Below the pieces are notes generated by a model. The model had not been told where the DNA came from, made no database searches, and saw only the letters and a program-made list of their open reading frames with translations. A stretch of DNA of 64,000 bases from assembly GCA_964016885.1 (NCBI GenBank), contig OZ024742.1:377270001-377334000 (forward strand), given 5' to 3'. Below are positions 14,568-29,165 of this stretch, one piece after another (the stretch's first letter is position 1; each line of letters begins with the position of its first letter). Source of the DNA: Eledone cirrhosa. Lineage: Eukaryota. Both the position numbers and the translations under genes were made by a program.

Positions 14568-14757
14568 AATAAACCTTTACACAAGTCCAGCCTCCTGTTA
14601 TTTTGTTATAATAATTAACTCAGTATTCGCACCACCAACTACCCAAACGAAGATGGTTGAGCTGCTTTACGTTGAGTACTCTCCATATTATTACATCAAG
14701 ATTGTCCATACGGAATGACCAACTCTATCCAGTGGTGAACCTTCAAACCTAAATAAA

Positions 14758-14840
<83 letters not shown>

Positions 14841-15059
14841 AAAAACAATGAAATAAAAACAAAGAACAGGTTCCTTATATTCAAAAATTCATCATCATTT
14901 TATGATCGTTTCTGGGATATATATGTGTGTTGATATGTATATCATGTTAAAGTTCTATGTAAAAAAAAACATTACAAATTATCAGAGGAGATAGAATTAT
15001 CCCACAATTAAGAAAACATGTTAACTTACCACTCCGGGAAAACACATCCCAAGTAATTA

Positions 15060-17048
15060 TTTAGTCTACTAATATTGAAAATAAATCCTCTGCCTCATTT
15101 TTACAATTCGATATAGATGCATATTATTCCTCTATATCACCCATACTCCTAAACAAAGCCTTGATATTTGCCAAAAATAGATCAGACTTAACTATGGATG
15201 ACATCAATATTATCACGCACGCTAGACAAACACTACTGGAATTTCAGAAGGAGTATTGGACCAGAAATACATATAGTAATCTCTTCGACATAACTATGGG
15301 CTCTAGTGATTCTGCTCAAATTACCGATCTTGTGGGCCTTTTTCTTCTATTTAACATTAATTCATCTTTTCCCCACCTTAAAGGTGGCTTATATCGTGAT
15401 GACTGTCTTCTTCTATCCACTAATCTTAGCCTATCAGAAATTGAACAAAATAAAAAAAACTTAGAACTTTCCTCAAAGACTATTATAATCTCACTATTAG
15501 ATTTGAAAAGACCAGTAAAATAGTCAATTTCCTGGATATAACTATGGACCTATCTACCGGTATCTACCAACCTTACCATAAACCTAACTAAAACTTGCAT
15601 TACATACACTCACAATCTAATCACCCTAGATCTATCCTTAAAAACCTAGCATATAATATCTCACTCAGAATCTCTAACCTTTCATCAAATCAGGAGGTAT
15701 TCGATAAAAACGCGCCCTTTTATAACGAAGCTTTAGCTAGAAGCGGCCACAAGAACAAATTAGTCTATATACCTTGCACCAATAATATTTCAAACATACA
15801 ACCTAATATTACCAACAAACACGAAATGAAAAACCCACACCTAAATGCCACTCATACTACACCTAAAAACACCAACCCAAAACTTAATTCTCTACCTCTT
15901 CTCACATAAAAGATAATGCCTTTCAAAAAACCATTCACCCTAATACTCTAACATATGTCAACAATATAACTAACAAAACTCCTAGTAATCAGACCAAAAC
16001 ATCTAAATCAATTAATCTAACTAAACCTATATATAATAGAATCATTAATAGTAACTCTTTCAGTAAACCTCCCGATACATCATATAAATATAAGAAACAA
16101 TGTCGAAACCGTAATAGACGAGTTACTTGGTATAATGCTCCATTTAATCTACAGATTAAAGACCATATCCCTAAAAAATGTTTGCTATCCTAGAGAAAAA
16201 CTTCCCACAACCATAAATACCATCAAATTTTAAATAGATCTACTTTCAAATTTTCCTACTCCACTACCAAGAATATACAACAGAATATAAGTGCTTACAA
16301 CACATATAAGTGTAAAAAAAACCCATTAATATACCACCAACAGTTCAAACAAACCATAATAGTACTAAAATAAACCAAAACAAATCACCTTCTTCTTCAC
16401 CCATAATAGGTCCCGTAAACTCCACACCAATTTTGACTAATAATCTCCAAAACAAACAGAACTCTACTAGCTCCACATCTCCTAAACTATCACCCACCAA
16501 CAACCTGTCTAACCATACTAATCTAATTACAACCCATCCTAACCATACATTAATGTAAATAGTAACACTAATACCACTATAGATGACACAATTAACTCTC
16601 CTGACACAATATTTACGAATGGCTGTAACTGTAGAATCAAAAGAAATTGTCTTTAAAGGGAAATTGTCTTATTAATAGCATAGTCTATTAATGTGTAATT
16701 AGTACTAAGGACTCCACTCAATCCTATATATGAGCTACGTCTAACCAATTTAAAGTAAGATTTAATACCCACAAACATAGTTTTAAAAATGCCGCATTAG
16801 CTAATACAACCTTCTTGGCTGAAGCAATTAATAATTATAAGAAGAGGGATATTGATTACAACCTGACCTGGAGCGTGCTCAAAAGGGCCACCCCTTATCA
16901 AAATAGTAGGTATGAGTGTAGGTTATGCTCCCAAGAACTATTTGAAATCATGAAATATAATGATATCCTATTAAATAAGCGACAGGAGTTAATTACATCA
17001 TGCAATCATAGAATTAGAAAAACCTTCAAATATTATAAACTTGATTAG
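15060..17048 (+). pseudogene. PLE reverse transcriptase + GIY-YIG endonuclease, multiple stops and frameshifts
   Basis: Motifs FLQFDI, FDITMGSSDSAQITDLVG, GGLYRDD, YIHSQSNHP; Cys-rich linker CNCRIKRNC..GNC..IVY; FKVRFNTHKHSF; terminal CRLC..E...LLNKR.E...C.H. Confidence 0.88.
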
Positions 17049-17074
17049 TATATACCTCACGCTTATATTTTACA

Positions 17075-17190
17075 AATCATTTCCCGCCGGGGTTAACTTT
17101 GCCTTTCATCCTTACGGAGTCGATAAAATAAAGTACCAGTAATGTACTGGGTAACTGATGGTCTTGTGCCAAAAGTAGAAACAATTATGA
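17075..17190 (+). mobile_element. Partial SINE inserted in the PLE 3' region
   Basis: Core tttgcctttcatccttacggagtcgataaaataaagtaccag. Confidence 0.8.
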
Positions 17191-17902
17191 TTAATTTAAA
17201 ACAAAAAAATGTTTAATTTAGTTAACCTATAATTAGAAATTTACTACAGAGAATTTCATAATTTTATTTCCTTCTTACAGCTCACTTTACCTAAAGTTAT
17301 CTTTAACCTCACTACTTCTTTTAACCGCATCCTCTATTTATCACATTTAATACCTAGGATTATTAAATATAATTAATATCTTTAATATTATGGATGTTTA
17401 GATAGATACACTGCTTTTTATAAAATTTTATCTATTTAAGTTTTTCTATATATATATATATATATATTTTTTTTTTTTTTCTTCTTTATTTATCACATTC
17501 ATAAGAATTAATATAATTTTAACTCTGTAAGTATACCTATCAATTAATTTAATTTCCTTTTATGTATCTAGGTTCCTTGAAATTTAAATAGGATTAGTAT
17601 TTCTCACCAACACTCTCACCCCACAAATTTCTTTCCCTTCGCTTTTAACAGTATTTTTTAATAACATCAAATTTTTGGGGACTCTATCTCCTTGATTTGA
17701 CCTCATTTTAACCCTTATCTTTCTCTTCCCAATTGCATTCTTTTCATTCAAAGCATCAATTTACATTCCTCCACTCCTAGCATCAAGTTCTACTACTGTA
17801 ATTCTATCATCTTGACCTCTAACTCTTTTCTATTAGACAATTCAAAACCTGTTCCCAAACAGACCTTTTATATTAATACTTTGTTTCTTTCAATAAACAT
17901 AC

Positions 17903-18045
17903 TTCATCATTTCTGAAGATGGCATGTATAGGTGAAGGTATGTATATCTCCTCTGATAATTTGTAATATTTTTTTACATAGATCTTTAACATGATATACA
18001 TAACAACACACATATATATCCCAGAAACGATCGTAAAATGATGAA
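17903..18045 (+). ncRNA. Type I hammerhead in the PLE pLTR, with ~100-nt stem/loop II
   Basis: ttcatcattt CTGAAGA tgg...cca GAAA cgatcg TA aaatgatgaa. 10-bp stem I; palindromic stem III. Confidence 0.8.
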
Positions 18046-18240
18046 TTTTTTTATATAAGAAACCTGTTCTTTGTTTTTATTTCATTGTTTTTATTTTATC
18101 TTGACTGTGTTTACCTATAATTTTTATCGTTAATTTTTGAATGCATTTTCTCTTTTCATGATAACTTCTATATTTGGATTACATTGAGTTCTTCATACGG
18201 ATTGGACACTACCGTTTATTTTGGTAGATTTATCTACATA

Positions 18241-18333
<93 letters not shown>

Positions 18334-18334
18334 G

Positions 18335-18366
<32 letters not shown>

Positions 18367-18480
18367 CAGTATTTTCCGTTGTGTTGTAATATAAATATTA
18401 CACACAGTAGATTATCAGCTCACGTAGAGTTTGCTCGACGGTTCCAGTTGTAGTTCCAAAAGTAATCCGGAGAAAAATAG

Positions 18481-18954
<474 letters not shown>

Positions 18955-18991
18955 ATACTTTGGGAGGGTCATGTTGCCAAATTCAGAAACG

Positions 18992-19020
<29 letters not shown>

Positions 19021-19022
<2 letters not shown>

Positions 19023-19212
19023 GGAACGAGTAGGACCCCGACGGCTGAGCTCAAGCCGTTTTGACGGCTAATTCTGAGTCCAGAATTACCCGTCGAAACG
19101 GCTTGAGCTCAGCCGTCGGGGTCCTACTCGTTCCTATTACCCACTCTACTACCCTAAGTATTGAGTACTTTGGTGCGTATGGTCTACCTGGTTCCTTACC
19201 ACATTTCCTTCG

Positions 19213-19213
<1 letters not shown>
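19021..19213 (+). repeat. Short inverted repeat with hammerhead 3' half and tail; related copies near 26846-26906, 27200-27270 and 39700-39810
   Basis: ggaacgagtaggaccccgacggctgagctcaagccg... / ...GAAA cggcttgagctcagccg TC ggggtcctactcgttcc. Confidence 0.8.
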
Positions 19214-19282
<69 letters not shown>

Positions 19283-19646
19283 GTATATACTAATAAATAT
19301 AAATACTAATACACACACACGCACACACATACCCCGCCACCCAGATATATATATATGTGTGTGTGCGCGTGTAGTGAGAAAAAGAGAGAATTATTCAAAT
19401 GAAATATATATTATATTGAACCCAAAGAAAGGTAATCCAGCAAAACCTGTTTGAGAAGCCATTATCTGGTTTCGACTACACTGCCCCATCGCCCTCACCA
19501 CTTCCCATTTTTCGTATTGGTGTCCAAAGTATCTGTAAACGTTCTGGTTACTGGAAGAATACAAAATTATTTATGTACTCTAAGCTGTGTAGCTTTAAAT
19601 TTTCAACATATGATGGATCATCGATGTGGTTTTAATCAATAATATA

Positions 19647-19886
19647 CAGGGTGAGTATAAAGTCTTTCTCTTTTTGTTTCATAGATGCCATTTTGATACT
19701 GAAGATTACAACTACTTCCTGTACAAGAGAAAACTACAATTACTTCCGGTAGAAGAGAAAATGTAAAATATGTTCAGAAAAACTTTACACTAGAAATTTA
19801 TAAATTAAAACAATGAAAAAGTAAAATCTCAAATAGTATCCAAGATATGGTATTTTATAATCAGGGAAAGACTTTATGCTCACTAG
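19647..19886. mobile_element. Tc1/mariner-type MITE
   Basis: TA then cagggtgagtataaagtcttt at left; gggaaagactttatgctcac at right (~20-bp TIR, outer right end decayed). Confidence 0.65.
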
Positions 19887-20521
19887 AAAACACTATATGT
19901 ATTTCACTGGTCTAGTTTCATCCGGTGTGGATTACAAAATTTGTTATATAAGATAACAGCATTACGGATTTGGGGATGTTTTTCCTTTACAATAACACGG
20001 AATTGGCGAGGCATCCCCGAACCAAATCTATCCTCTATTCTCTGTTTGTGTTCGCCGTAATCATATATAACTAATTTTGCAATCCACAGCTGAAGGACAT
20101 GTTGATATGGTTTATGACAGATTTAAACAAAGGTTCCATTGACATGTCTTGTCTTTTAGACAACCGAAGTATTCTGCTTATGGAGAGTTCTAGAAAAGTC
20201 TAGATCATACATAAGCGGCGTACTCTTTCTACCAAAGAAAACTTCAGAATTCTACAGGGATTGAAATTATCAAATAAATAACTAAAATTTAAGATCAAAG
20301 TCTTTAAGGGCAATTTACAATACTAAAGGTATTTGCTATCCCCATGAAAAAACGAGGCCCCAGGAATACAGCCTTTACACACAGAAGTATTATATATACC
20401 CTAATTTTGATATTACATACTGACACATTTTCTACATTGGACGTTTCTATTACTTTAGCCACAATCCTGATATCACAGTAACATGTGACCAGACATTCTC
20501 AAGGAGATTAGGACGTGTACA

Positions 20522-20608
<87 letters not shown>

Positions 20609-20898
20609 ACACCCACACACACACACACCCACACACACACACACAACGCTCACTTCTCCGTTCACCTAAGAATACAGATAGAACTATAAGGTTAAAGTTA
20701 TTTAGACATTTTTCAGAAGTTGTATCTCTTGGACGAAAAAAAATGATATTCACGTCTTCTTTTCACACGGGATCTTATCGTGAAGTCTCAAAGAAAGACA
20801 AGCTTTGACTGACTGCCATTTGCAATCTAAGCCTGGTCATGAAACCTAAGGCAGCGTTATCAATTTTTCGAGTGTACAATTCATTATATATATATAAA

Positions 20899-20936
<38 letters not shown>

Positions 20937-20972
20937 TTTATATATATATAATGAATTATATATATATAATTA

Positions 20973-21019
<47 letters not shown>

Positions 21020-21090
21020 AAAAAGATGAAATCGAAAATGCAACTGGAGTCTTATTTTAAAAAAAATATATATATTTATTTGGTTCCAAA

Positions 21091-21185
<95 letters not shown>

Positions 21186-21336
21186 GTATATATATATATA
21201 TATACTTTATATAACAACCGTTAGTAATTAAATGTTATTAAACACTCTGTGATTGTTATTTATAAAGTATTCCGGCTCTGTATTATATTTATTTTACATC
21301 GAGCTACTCTCATACTGGTAATTGGATAATATTAAT

Positions 21337-22142
21337 AGGGCGGTGGATTGGCAGTATCGGTAGAGGGTCAGACGCCATGTTAGGGCGGTGGATTGGCAGT
21401 ATCGGTAGAGGGTCGGACGCCATGCTAGGACGGTGGATTGGCAGTATCGGTAGAGGGTCACACGCCATGTTAGGGCGGTGGATTGGCAGTATCGGTAGAG
21501 GGTCGGACGCCATGCTAGGACGGTGGATTGGCAGTATCGGTAGAGGGTCGGACGCCATGTTAGGGCGGTGGATTGGCAGTATCGGTAGAGGGTCAGACAC
21601 CATGTTAGGGCGGTGGATTGGCAGTATCGGTAGAGGGTCAGACGCCATGTTAGGGCGGTGGATTGGCAGTATCGGTAGAGGGTCGGACGCCATGTTAGAG
21701 TGGTGGATTGGCAGTATCGGTAGAGGGTCGGACGCCATGCTAGGACGGTGGATTGGCAGTATCGGTAGAGGGTCAGACGCCATGTTAGGGCGGTGGATTG
21801 GCAGTATCGGTAGAGGGTCAGACGCCATGTTAGGGTGGTGGATTGGCAGTATCGGTAGAGGGTCAGACGCCATGCTAGGACGGTGGATTGGCAGTATCGG
21901 TAGAGGGTCAGACGCCATGTTAGGGCGGTGGATTGGCAGTATCGGTAGAGGGTCAGACGCCATGTTAGGGCGGTGGATTGGCAGTATCGGTAGAGGGTCA
22001 GACGCCATGTTAGGGCGGTGGATTGGCAGTATCGGTAGAGGGTCAGACGCCATGTTAGGGCGGTGGATTGGCAGTATCGGTAGAGGGTCAGACGCCATGT
22101 TAGGGCGGTGGATTGGCAGTATCGGTAGAGGGTCAGACACCA
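21337..22142 (+). repeat. 42-bp tandem array (~19 copies) of the SINE 5' head
   Basis: Unit gggcggtggattggcagtatcggtagagggtcRgacgccatgtta matches the first ~42 nt of the SINE at 27376. Confidence 0.95.
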
Positions 22143-22292
22143 TGCTTTGCACCACAGTTACGTCCCTTTAAGAACTAAGTTCAAATACCGCCGAGGTTGA
22201 CTTTGCCTTTCATCCTTACGGGGTCGATAAAATAAAGTACCAGTAATACACTGAGTAATTGCTGGCCTTGTGCCTAAAGTAGAAACAATTAT
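22101..22292 (+). mobile_element. tRNA-derived SINE (full body following the array)
   Basis: B-box-like gttcaaatacc, shared core, and tail gctggccttgtgcctaaagtagaaacaattatt. Confidence 0.88.
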
Positions 22293-22497
22293 TATTTATA
22301 TATATATATATATGTATATATTTATATATATATGTATATATATATGTATATATATACATACGTACATATATATATGTATATATATATTAATACAATTATG
22401 TATATATATCTCCTCTCATCCATATTTTTATACACACACACACACATAAAATATATACATATGCAAGAAAATGTAGTTGAATGTATGTATGTACGTT

Positions 22498-22533
<36 letters not shown>

Positions 22534-22924
22534 AGAAAGTGTATTTGAACGTATGTATATACTTTTCTAGATTCGATATATATATATACATATATATATA
22601 TGTGTGTGTGTGAGTGTGTGTGTGTGTATGGCTATGTATATACATAAATGACTTACATAAACATTAAATACTTAGAAATTAACTTTCTTTAATAATGAAG
22701 TACACAAAGAAAGAGTTGAATTTGATGAAACTATTAGCAAATCTTATACAAACCCTGCGCCTAGCTATGAGGAGTATACATTAACCAGAGGGAGGGGTAT
22801 ACATTAACCAGAGGGAGGGGTATACATTAACCAGAGGGAGATTAGAAGCCTTATAAATGAAGTATTTTACTTGTTGCTTGAATTACTATTACCTTCAGCT
22901 AAATCAAGATCGAAACTTACAAGA

Positions 22925-24468
22925 ACGTAAACACGTACACATGTACACACCTACACAAGTACACACCTACACACGTACATACATACACACGTACACATGT
23001 ACACACGTACACACGTACACACGTACACACCTACACACGTACACACGTACACACCTACACACGTACACACCTACACACGTACACACGTACACACCTACAC
23101 ACGTACATACGTACACACCTACACACGTACACACCTACACACGTACACACGTACACACGTACATACGTAAACACGTACACACGTACACACCTACATACGT
23201 ACACACGTACACACGTAAACACGTACACACGTACACACCTACATACGTACACACGTACACACGTACACACGTACATACGTACACACGTACACACGTACAC
23301 ACGTATACACCTACACACGTACATACGTACACACCTACACACGTACACACCTACACACGTACACACGTACACACGTACATACGTAAACACGTACACACGT
23401 ACACACCTACATACGTACATACGTACACACCTACACACGTACACACGTACACACGTACATACGTACACACGTACACACGTACACACGTACATACGTACAT
23501 ACGTACACACGTACACACGTACACACGTACATACGTACACACGTACACACGTACACACGTACACACGTACACACGTAAACATGTACACACGTACACCTAC
23601 ATACGTACATACGTACACACGTACACACCTACATACGTACACACGTACACACGTAAGCACGTACACATGTAAACACGTACACACGTACACCTACATACGT
23701 ACATACGTACACACGTACACACCTACATACGTACACACGTACACACGTACACACGTACACACGTAAACACGTACACACGTACACCTACATACGTACATAC
23801 GTACACACGTACACACCTACATACGTACACACGTACACACGTAAACACGTACACACGTAAACACGTACACACGTACACCTACATACGTACACACGTACAC
23901 ACGTACACACGTACACACGTAAACACGTACACACGTACACCTACATACGTACATACGTACACACGTACACACCTACACACGTACACACGTACACACGTAA
24001 ACACGTACACACCTACGTACGTACACACGTACACATGTACATACGTACACACGTACATACGTACACACGTACACACGTAAACACGTACACACGTACACAC
24101 GTACACACGCACACACGTACGCATGTACATACGTACACACGCACACACGTACACACGTACACACGTAAACACGTACACACGTACACACGTACACACGTAC
24201 ACACGTACACACGCACACACGTACACACGTACACAGGCACACACGTACACACGCACACACGTACACACGTACACACGTACACACGAACATACGTACACAC
24301 GTACACACGCACACACGTACACATGTACACACGTACACACGTACACAGGTTCACAGTTACACACGTACACAAGTACACACCCACACACGTACACACGCAC
24401 ACACGTACACACGTACACACGTACACACGTACACACGTACACACGCACACACGTACACACGTACACAC
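22925..24468. repeat. (ACACACGT)n 8-mer satellite, ~1.5 kb
   Basis: Directly visible, with variants acacacct, acatacgt and aaacacgt. Confidence 0.95.
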
Positions 24469-24631
24469 TTGTGTAAATATATGCATACCATGTCGCATAA
24501 ACGCACAAACAAGTATGTTTACTTATAAACACAGATCATACTCCTACACATATATATATACATATGAATATTTATACCTTTATGTACACACACACACATA
24601 TATATGTATATATATATATATATATATATAA

Positions 24632-24677
<46 letters not shown>

Positions 24678-24797
24678 ATATAAATATATTTATATTTATA
24701 TATATATATAAATTTATATTTATATATATATATATATAAATATATACATAAAGATATGTCTATATATATATATGTATATATATATATGTGTGTATAC

Positions 24798-25101
<304 letters not shown>

Positions 25102-25145
25102 AAGTTAAATAAAAGTCAAATGATTAAAATTTAGCTTCGTTTATT

Positions 25146-25200
25146 ACTGCTATATATATTTCAGTGACAGCCATCTTTGGCTGTGACCTCTTCAGGCAGT
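25146..25200 (-). ncRNA. Type I hammerhead ribozyme (left arm)
   Basis: Minus strand: actgc CTGAAGA ggtcacagcc-aaaga-tggctgtcact GAAA tatata TA gcagt. Confidence 0.8.
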
Positions 25201-25373
25201 TTGAATTAGTATGGTATAGACAAGTACATATGTTGTTTAGTTGTATAATATTGTCAATACTCTGATATGCCCAGTTCCTGGTTGGGTTGTTATTTCACTG
25301 AGGAACTGGAGTCATATGACAATATTATACACCTAAACAACACATGTACTTGTCTATACCATACTAATTCAAG

Positions 25374-25426
25374 CTGCCTGAAGAGGTCACAGCCAAAGAT
25401 GGCTGTCACTGAAATATATATAGCAG
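25374..25426 (+). ncRNA. Type I hammerhead ribozyme (right arm)
   Basis: ctgc CTGAAGA ggtcacagccaaagatggctgtcact GAAA tatata TA gcag. Confidence 0.8.
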
Positions 25427-25573
25427 TAATAAACGAAGGTAAATTTTAATCATTTGACTTTTATTTAACTTTATTTTACATTACTCCGGAGTAACCAAAC
25501 CAACCTGCGCACTTCGTCGAGTGCTCCAGCCTGCATACTGAGGTGTTGGTATACAACCAACATAAACTCAAAA

Positions 25574-25677
<104 letters not shown>

Positions 25678-25795
25678 GTTAATCGGTACCCCGGCCGATT
25701 AACTCACTCGATGTGCAAATTTGGCTGCTCAGCCGTTAATATACATAAGGAAAGTATATACTTTCAGACGTTCAACCATCTGGCAGGAAGGTATA

Positions 25796-25836
25796 CGTTG
25801 CTGACGATTGCTAATAAGCTTGAAACTAGTACAGCG
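25796..25836 (+). ncRNA. Minimal type I hammerhead, unit 1
   Basis: cgttg CTGACGA ttgctaataagctt GAAA ctag TA cagcg. Confidence 0.7.
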
Positions 25837-26221
25837 TTCCTTTGTCAGTGTGGAACAAATGAGCAACGATGGTTGCTAAACACTGTACGGCTTAATTCGG
25901 GATGTTTGTTTACAAACACACCGAGCATTATTATAAATGTTCGGTGAATCCATACGTACATGTATATATGTGTGCATGTATGCATATATATACATACTAC
26001 TGTACGTCTGTATACATATATGTATGTACGTATACATACTTATATTTAAGTAACAGCCGTACTAAGTGTGGCAAATGAAATTTCGTTTCATTTTTTCCGT
26101 GTATCGTTTTCGGTACCCCGGCCGATTAACTCACTCGATATGCAAATTAGCTGCCCAGCCGTTAATATGCATCAGGAAAGTATATACTTTCAGACGTTCA
26201 ACCATCTGGCAGGAAGGTATA

Positions 26222-26262
26222 CGTTGCTGACGATAGCTAATAAGCTTGAAACTAGTACAGCG
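26222..26262 (+). ncRNA. Minimal type I hammerhead, unit 2
   Basis: cgttg CTGACGA tagctaataagctt GAAA ctag TA cagcg. Confidence 0.75.
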
Positions 26263-26807
26263 TTCCTTTGTCAGTGTTGAACAAATGAGCAACGATGGTT
26301 GCTAGACACTGTACGGCTTAATTCGGGATGTTTGTTTACAAACACACCGAGCATTATAATAAATGTTCGGTGAATCCATACGTACATGTGTATATGTGTG
26401 CATGTATGTATATATATATACATACTACTGAACGTCTGTATACATATATATATATGTACGTGTATATACTTATATTTAAGTAACAGCCGTACTAAGAGTG
26501 GGAAATGAAATTTCGTTTCATTTTTTCCGTTTATATATATATTTATATATATAATTCACAAGAATAAAAGCTATGTTCAAAGCATAATTGTTCAAAGCAT
26601 CATTGTAAGTGAATAAATGCTTTGAACATAGCTTTGATTCTTGTGAATTCTATATAACTGCTCTGTAGAACACTGATGTTATTAGATTGACCTATTTATC
26701 TTACTGGTAATCAGGTAGGAATAAATTACTGACCTTCACTGTTTAGGGTTTAAAATATACATACCTATAAAAAGTTTAAAATATACATAACCATAAATAG
26801 TATCCTG

Positions 26808-26848
<41 letters not shown>

Positions 26849-26909
26849 AACGAGTAGGACCCCGACAGCTGAGCTCAAGCCGTTTCGACGGCTAATTCTG
26901 GACTCATAT

Positions 26910-26993
<84 letters not shown>

Positions 26994-27375
26994 AAAGAAG
27001 AGTGACATGGTTTGCTATACAAAAAAGGTTTTTAATCACATTGCTGACAATTGTTTATCTGAACTGGTAGGTCTAGAGATCGCTACCCGCCTGTTTCTGC
27101 GTCAATCGTTCACCAATACATAGTTGTAACCAGTCAATTCATCAGAGCTAGCGAGAATGAAGGGAATACACAGGCATGGCTTCTATATATAGTAATGGCA
27201 TTACTACCCTAAGTATTGAGTACTTTGGTGCGTTATGGTCCATCTGGTTCCTTACCACATTTCCTTCGTTATATATATATATATATATATACATACATAT
27301 ATATATGCATGTGTACAAGCTGTCAATGAGAACTAGAGGGTGAAGTGTTTGTAGTATACATTATTGTAAGCAGAA

Positions 27376-27568
27376 GGGCGGTGGATTGGCAGTATCGGTA
27401 GAGAGTCGGACACCATGCTTTGAAGCATAGAGTTACGTCCCATTATGATCTAAGTTCAAATCCCGCCGAAGTTAACTTTGCCTTTCATCCTTACGGGGTC
27501 GATAGAATAAAGTACCAGTAATGTACTGGGTATTTGCTGGCCTTGTGCCTAAAATAGAAACAATTATT
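27376..27568 (+). mobile_element. tRNA-derived SINE, full length
   Basis: A box tggcagtatcggtagag, B box gttcaaatccc, shared core; possible TSD attattgtaagcag on both sides. Confidence 0.9.
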
Positions 27569-27872
27569 GTAAGCAGCAGGATAAGGAGTAAAAAGTCTTG
27601 AAAGAAGAAAGTTGTACAGTTGCTGCCAGTAACAGCGGGAGGGCAATACATAGATACAGCAATAGGAATATATTCTAGACTGCAGGTGTAGCATATATCA
27701 TCACTATACTACAGCTATGACTGTGTTATAGAAATAGTAGACTGCACAGTGTAGTATACATCATCATCATCATCTCTATACTACAGCTATGACAATGCTA
27801 TGTGATATATCTTATTACATATTACATCTCTATGTATTTCTTCCTTAATATAGATGGAGACATAGACAGATA

Positions 27873-27915
<43 letters not shown>

Positions 27916-27918
27916 CGG

Positions 27919-27974
<56 letters not shown>

Positions 27975-28033
27975 GTGAATGTATATATATATATGTCTGT
28001 ATATGTATATATATATATATATATATATGTCCG

Positions 28034-28080
<47 letters not shown>

Positions 28081-28117
28081 GTATATGTATATATATATAT
28101 ATATATGTCCGTATATG

Positions 28118-28212
<95 letters not shown>

Positions 28213-28353
28213 ATTTATATTTATATATACTGTATACATTGGTGTTAAAGCGTCCGCATGCGGTAGGCCGTATGAGCACTCGATGCCCTCGTAGAGCAGA
28301 GTATGATATCACAGAAAAAAAAGAACCAGTGTTCCGACGAAAGGAATTTATTG

Positions 28354-28448
28354 GACATGTTACAATTGTTTCTCGGGCGACCAGCTCGAGGCACGATCGA
28401 TATGGTGACCAAACCTGACTCTGAAATCACGTGGTCCTCGGATACGTC
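28354..28448 (-). ncRNA. Degenerate type I hammerhead (core U4->C)
   Basis: Minus strand: gacgtat CCGAGGA ... GAAA caattg TA acatgtc. Confidence 0.45.
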
Positions 28449-29165
28449 TCGATTCTATGAAGCAGATTTCCTATAGTCCTTTAACATCGAATTCCTACAT
28501 TTGTTGATTTAGATCCTGTTGTTGACATTCCATGAGTAGTCAAGAACTGTACACGTCACCGGTATTTCTAGTCACTCATGGTTCTTCACGTTCTCCACCT
28601 GTCAATCAAAATTTCTCCATATATCAGAATTACTACTCTGGTGGGAGAGGGGCTGTGATCTTGAACGGCTGGCATCACTTCGACGTCTTCATTGTCCCTA
28701 GGCGCCCTATTCCACCCGGTCAGGTACACACCTGCATCCTTGTCATGTATGTATTCTCTTTTTCCAGCATTTTATTTTATTGTATTTTATCTTATTTTAT
28801 TTTATTATTGTATATTATTTCATTATTTTATGTTATGTACGTACAGGCTTTTCAATGTTATGTACGTACAGGCTTTTCATTATTTTATGTTATGTACGTA
28901 CAGGCTTTTCTTGCCACTCGAAATAGCAGCAGTTCAAACGACCAAAATGTTATCTCAACCTTAGTGAAGATTAATAATAATAAAGTATGTGTTCCTACGT
29001 GTAAAAAATGCATATAGGAATACAAGTATTATCCAACCGTATGCCAATGTGGTTCTATAGCGGGTTAATAAATTAATAAGCCAGAACATATAAAATCAAG
29101 GTTTAGCAAATAGAGAAAAAGTTTTAAAATTAATTTTAAAAAGTTCGCTCTACTTACTATATGTG

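Larger units (their letters stand above)
14836..18230 (+). mobile_element. Penelope-like retroelement (PLE), 5'-truncated and decayed, with inverted pLTR
   Basis: 14836-14993 is an inverted copy of ~17945-18098. Internal RT and GIY-YIG remnants; hammerhead in the 3' pLTR; flanked by (TG)n/(TA)n. Confidence 0.85.
25683..26531 (+). mobile_element. Direct tandem dimer of a ~426-bp hammerhead-containing unit (retrozyme-like or tandem pLTR)
   Basis: Unit starts tcggtaccccggccgattaac at 25683 and 26110; flanked by (TA)n. A related tail lies inverted at ~32530-32790. Confidence 0.75.

Noticed and set aside
21310-22171. 281-aa and 264-aa repeat-protein ORFs
   Set aside because: Open only because the 42-bp SINE-derived unit is a multiple of 3 and lacks stops in those frames.
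26553-26650. Hammerhead in this short inverted repeat
   Set aside because: The inverted repeat is real but no CUGANGA/GAAA core could be placed.
27376-27470. tRNA gene
   Set aside because: A and B boxes are present but no cloverleaf; it is the head of a multicopy SINE.
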